Of a stretch of DNA of 64,000 nt, positions 59,904-64,000 are shown piece after piece. Under the pieces are notes generated by a model. It was not told the DNA's origin. It searched no databases and worked only from the letters and a program-made list of their open reading frames with translations. Numbering within the stretch: the first letter of the stretch is position 1; every line of letters starts with the position of its first letter. Both the position numbers and the translations under genes were made by a program. This DNA is from Paraspadella gotoi (lineage: Eukaryota > Animalia > Chaetognatha), in NCBI GenBank assembly GCA_051294375.1, contig CM119264.1, positions 3,328,900-3,392,899 of the forward strand. Reading direction: 5' to 3'.

Positions 59904-60403
59904 CTCCTCCTTTATGATGGGGCCATCTCTTTCATTTCCTTTTCTCTTTCACTGTTTCACCTTTTACATTTCCTTTCAATTCTTTTTTCTTTCCGGTTTC
60001 TCTTTCTCTCTTTCTTTGTTTTTTTCTTTCTTTCTTTTTTTCTTTCTTTCTTTTTTTTATTTATTTTTTTCTTTATTTCTTTCTTTCTTTTTTTCTTTTT
60101 TTCTTTCTTTATTTTTTCAATTTTTTAACATTATATATATATATATTGTTTTATTCCTGTCTATGCATATTTAATTTTTTTTCTTTTATCGATCTCGATC
60201 TTTTCTTTTTTCTATCAGCTCCTCAGCCAGTCTGTCTGTTTTAAATGCTTTTCTAGCGAAACTTTTCTAGCATAAAAACAGAAAAGGAATTACTTAATTC
60301 TAATAAGAAAATTTTGATATAAAGTTTCAAACATAAAATTTGACGAAAAATAGAAAATAAATTTTAAAAACTGAAAAAGCTTAAAGATATTATCTGAAAT
60401 GTT

Positions 60404-60487
<84 letters not shown>

Positions 60488-60965
60488 TCCCATTTCCTAT
60501 GATCATTTTCGCATTGGTCGGTTTTTGGGGAGAGCCCTTGATTTTGGTTTTCCGATTTTTTTTCNNNNNNNNNNNNNNNNNNNNNNNNNAGAAGAGATAA
60601 GGGAGAAGAAATAAAGGGGAAAATAGGAAGAGAGAGAGAAAAAAGGGAAAGAAAGAGAGGGAGAGAGAAAGAAAGGGAAAGAAAGAAAGGGAGATAGAAA
60701 AATAAAAGTAAAGAGATAGGAAGGAGAAAGAGAAATTGACAAGGGAAAGATCAGAAACGGTGGAGAGATAGAAAGGGAAAGAGGAAGAGGAAGAAGGATA
60801 GAAAAGAAGGGAGAAAGAGGGAAAGAAGATGTGAAAGAAAGAAAGGGAAACAGAAAGAAGGAAAGAAAAGAAGGAACAGAGAAAGAAAGGGAGAAAGAAA
60901 GAGAAGGAAAGAAGAAGGGAAGATATATGAGAGACTGGAGATGTCGGATGAAAGGAGTCAAGGAA

Positions 60966-61964
60966 TAGGGCGTTGAAAAAAAAACGATATATAACAATCA
61001 AGTGAGGTACATAGCTATTTTAGTGTAATAAAGTCTTGTAGAATTCGATGATGCATAACCACTATTTTTGTATAGTTCTCATCTTCTTGTCGGAAATGTG
61101 CGATTTTTACAGCCATATAAGGTGCTATTAAAATGGAGCAAACATTGTAGAGTATAAGAAAACTCAATTATTAAAATTTTATAAAAGCCAATATTTAACT
61201 TAACATAAATATAAAATAAAGACCCATATAAATTTATTTTGGTAAGAGTTTTTTTACAAATTTATATTTTATTATTAATTTTTAGCTTATATTTTATTAA
61301 TAAATAATAATAAAAAATAAGCTAAAAGTAAAAAATTAAAAAATTTAAATTTTAAAACCCGATTTGAATTCTTTACAAAAATTTGATATTAAGAAAGTAT
61401 AATCCATTTTAAAAAAATTATTCATTAAGTAGGTTAAAAAAATGTTTTTAAAGAACTATTATTTTTGTTTAATTTTTTCAATTTTTGGCTTAAAATTTTT
61501 AGTTTTTTGAATTTTGACCACTTAATGACTAATTTTATATAAAAATTATATTTTCTATAAAACTTTGCCAAGAATGCAAATCCATAAAAATTTTTTTAAA
61601 AATTATTATTTTTTAATTTAACCTAATTTTTACTTATAATATGTAATAAATATAGTTAACTAACTTTTTATAAAACATAAAATTTAGAAATAATCTTACC
61701 AAAATATTTTTTATAAGTCTTTATTTTTAATTTCAAAAGCTCATATAAATTATAAAAATTTAATAATTTTGATTTATTCAAACTTATAATGGTTTTGCTA
61801 TTTTATAACAATTTTATATACATAAAAACCGTCATTTTCGACAAGAAAAGATAAAAATTTACAAAAAAAAATGGTCATCACCATTGAATTCTACAGACTA
61901 TCCATTACACTAAAATAGCTATGCATCCTACTTGATTTGTTATATTTTGTTTTTTCACGCTCTA
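60966..61964. mobile_element. ~1 kb fold-back non-autonomous hAT-type element related to 9344-9929
   Basis: Termini TAGGGCGTTGAAAAA...TTTTTCACGCTCTA. Long TIRs (catagctattttagtgtaat / attacactaaaatagctatg; gtagaattc / gaattctac). Imperfect TSD tcaaggaa / tcaagaat. Shares the inner motifs gatttgaattc, ttcattaagt.ggttaaaaa and acttaatga with the 9.3 kb element. Confidence 0.8.
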
Positions 61965-62431
61965 TCAAGAATAAGGATAAATAAAAGATGGCGTGGAAAA
62001 GAAATCGTGAAAAAAAATAAATTGACTTTTAAACTATAATTTCGGGGAACTTTTCTTTTTTTTTCTTTCAAGAACTCACGTTATTAATTTTTATATAATT
62101 TCTATTTAGCATAAACTTTTTTTTTAAACCTTTTTCATAATCTTAAGCTTTTTTTAAGCAGTGATTTTTGTGAGGGAAAATACTAAAAGAAAGTTAGTCA
62201 TAGACATAATCCCAACTAGTCGCTGCCGCGGCCCCTGTCGGGTGAAGGGCTAATCGAGAAAGAGGGAAAAGGAAGATGCTGAACAGATAGGGCGCTATTT
62301 GCCCAGACCAAGGCGCATGGGCGAAAAGGGCAAAACCCCCCGCGTGTGGGATGAATGCGGAGCAAGTAAAACTAAAAGTGATAACCCTTGACAGGACCAG
62401 AAAAGGAACGAAAGTGAAGAAAGTTTCCCAC

Positions 62432-62513
<82 letters not shown>

Positions 62514-62959
62514 ATCGAAAAGTCACTCATCATGTGTGTGAGAAAAAAGAAAGAATCCTAAATCGCTTTTTTTCTTTTTATTTCTTCTTCTCTTCTCTCT
62601 CTCTCTCTCACGCTACCTCTCTCTCTCTTCCTCTTCTCTCTCTCTCTCTCCTCTCTCTCTTCCTCTCTTTCTCTCTCTCCCTTAAAAAGATTTGTCCCCT
62701 AAATAATGAGTTTCTTTCAAGTCCAAATAGACAAAAAAAAGCAATAAAAACGGAAAGAAGGGAAAAAGGAAGAAAAAAAGACAATAGAAAGAAAGAAAAA
62801 CAAAAAGAAAAGAAAGAAAAGCGACGACAAAACAGAGCGAAGAGAGTGAAAGACGAGAGAGGAAGCAGAGAGAGAGAGAAGAGATGACGATCGCACGAGA
62901 GAGGACCGACGAGAGAGAGATGAAGAGGAAGCAGTGGGGAAAAAGACCGACGGGCAACC

Positions 62960-64000
<1,041 letters not shown>

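Overview
Eukaryotic (probably invertebrate animal) draft-assembly scaffold, AT-rich and saturated with microsatellites ((GA)n/(CT)n, (GAC)n, (GAAA)n) and minisatellites. It has many N-gaps, five of them exactly 25 N, and stretches that look like unpolished long-read sequence. Almost all ORFs in the supplied track are repeat translations. Real signal: (1) an apparently intronless, frameshifted DEDDy (WRN-exo/EXD/RNase D-type) 3'-5' exonuclease gene at ~6.4-7.8 kb; (2) exons of a probable secreted CUB-domain gene inside a ~6 kb segment that is present twice (23.8-29.7 and 29.8-37.4 kb, likely two haplotypes joined at a 25-N gap); one copy carries a 2.3 kb TIR element with a TTAT target-site duplication inserted next to a putative splice acceptor; (3) fold-back, non-autonomous hAT-type elements, one with a perfect 8-bp TSD; (4) two large inverted duplications that pivot on (GA)n/(CT)n tracts. 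I cannot support a clearly new biological system. The best leads are the lone exonuclease, the polymorphic transposon and the recurrent paired GA/CT tracts.
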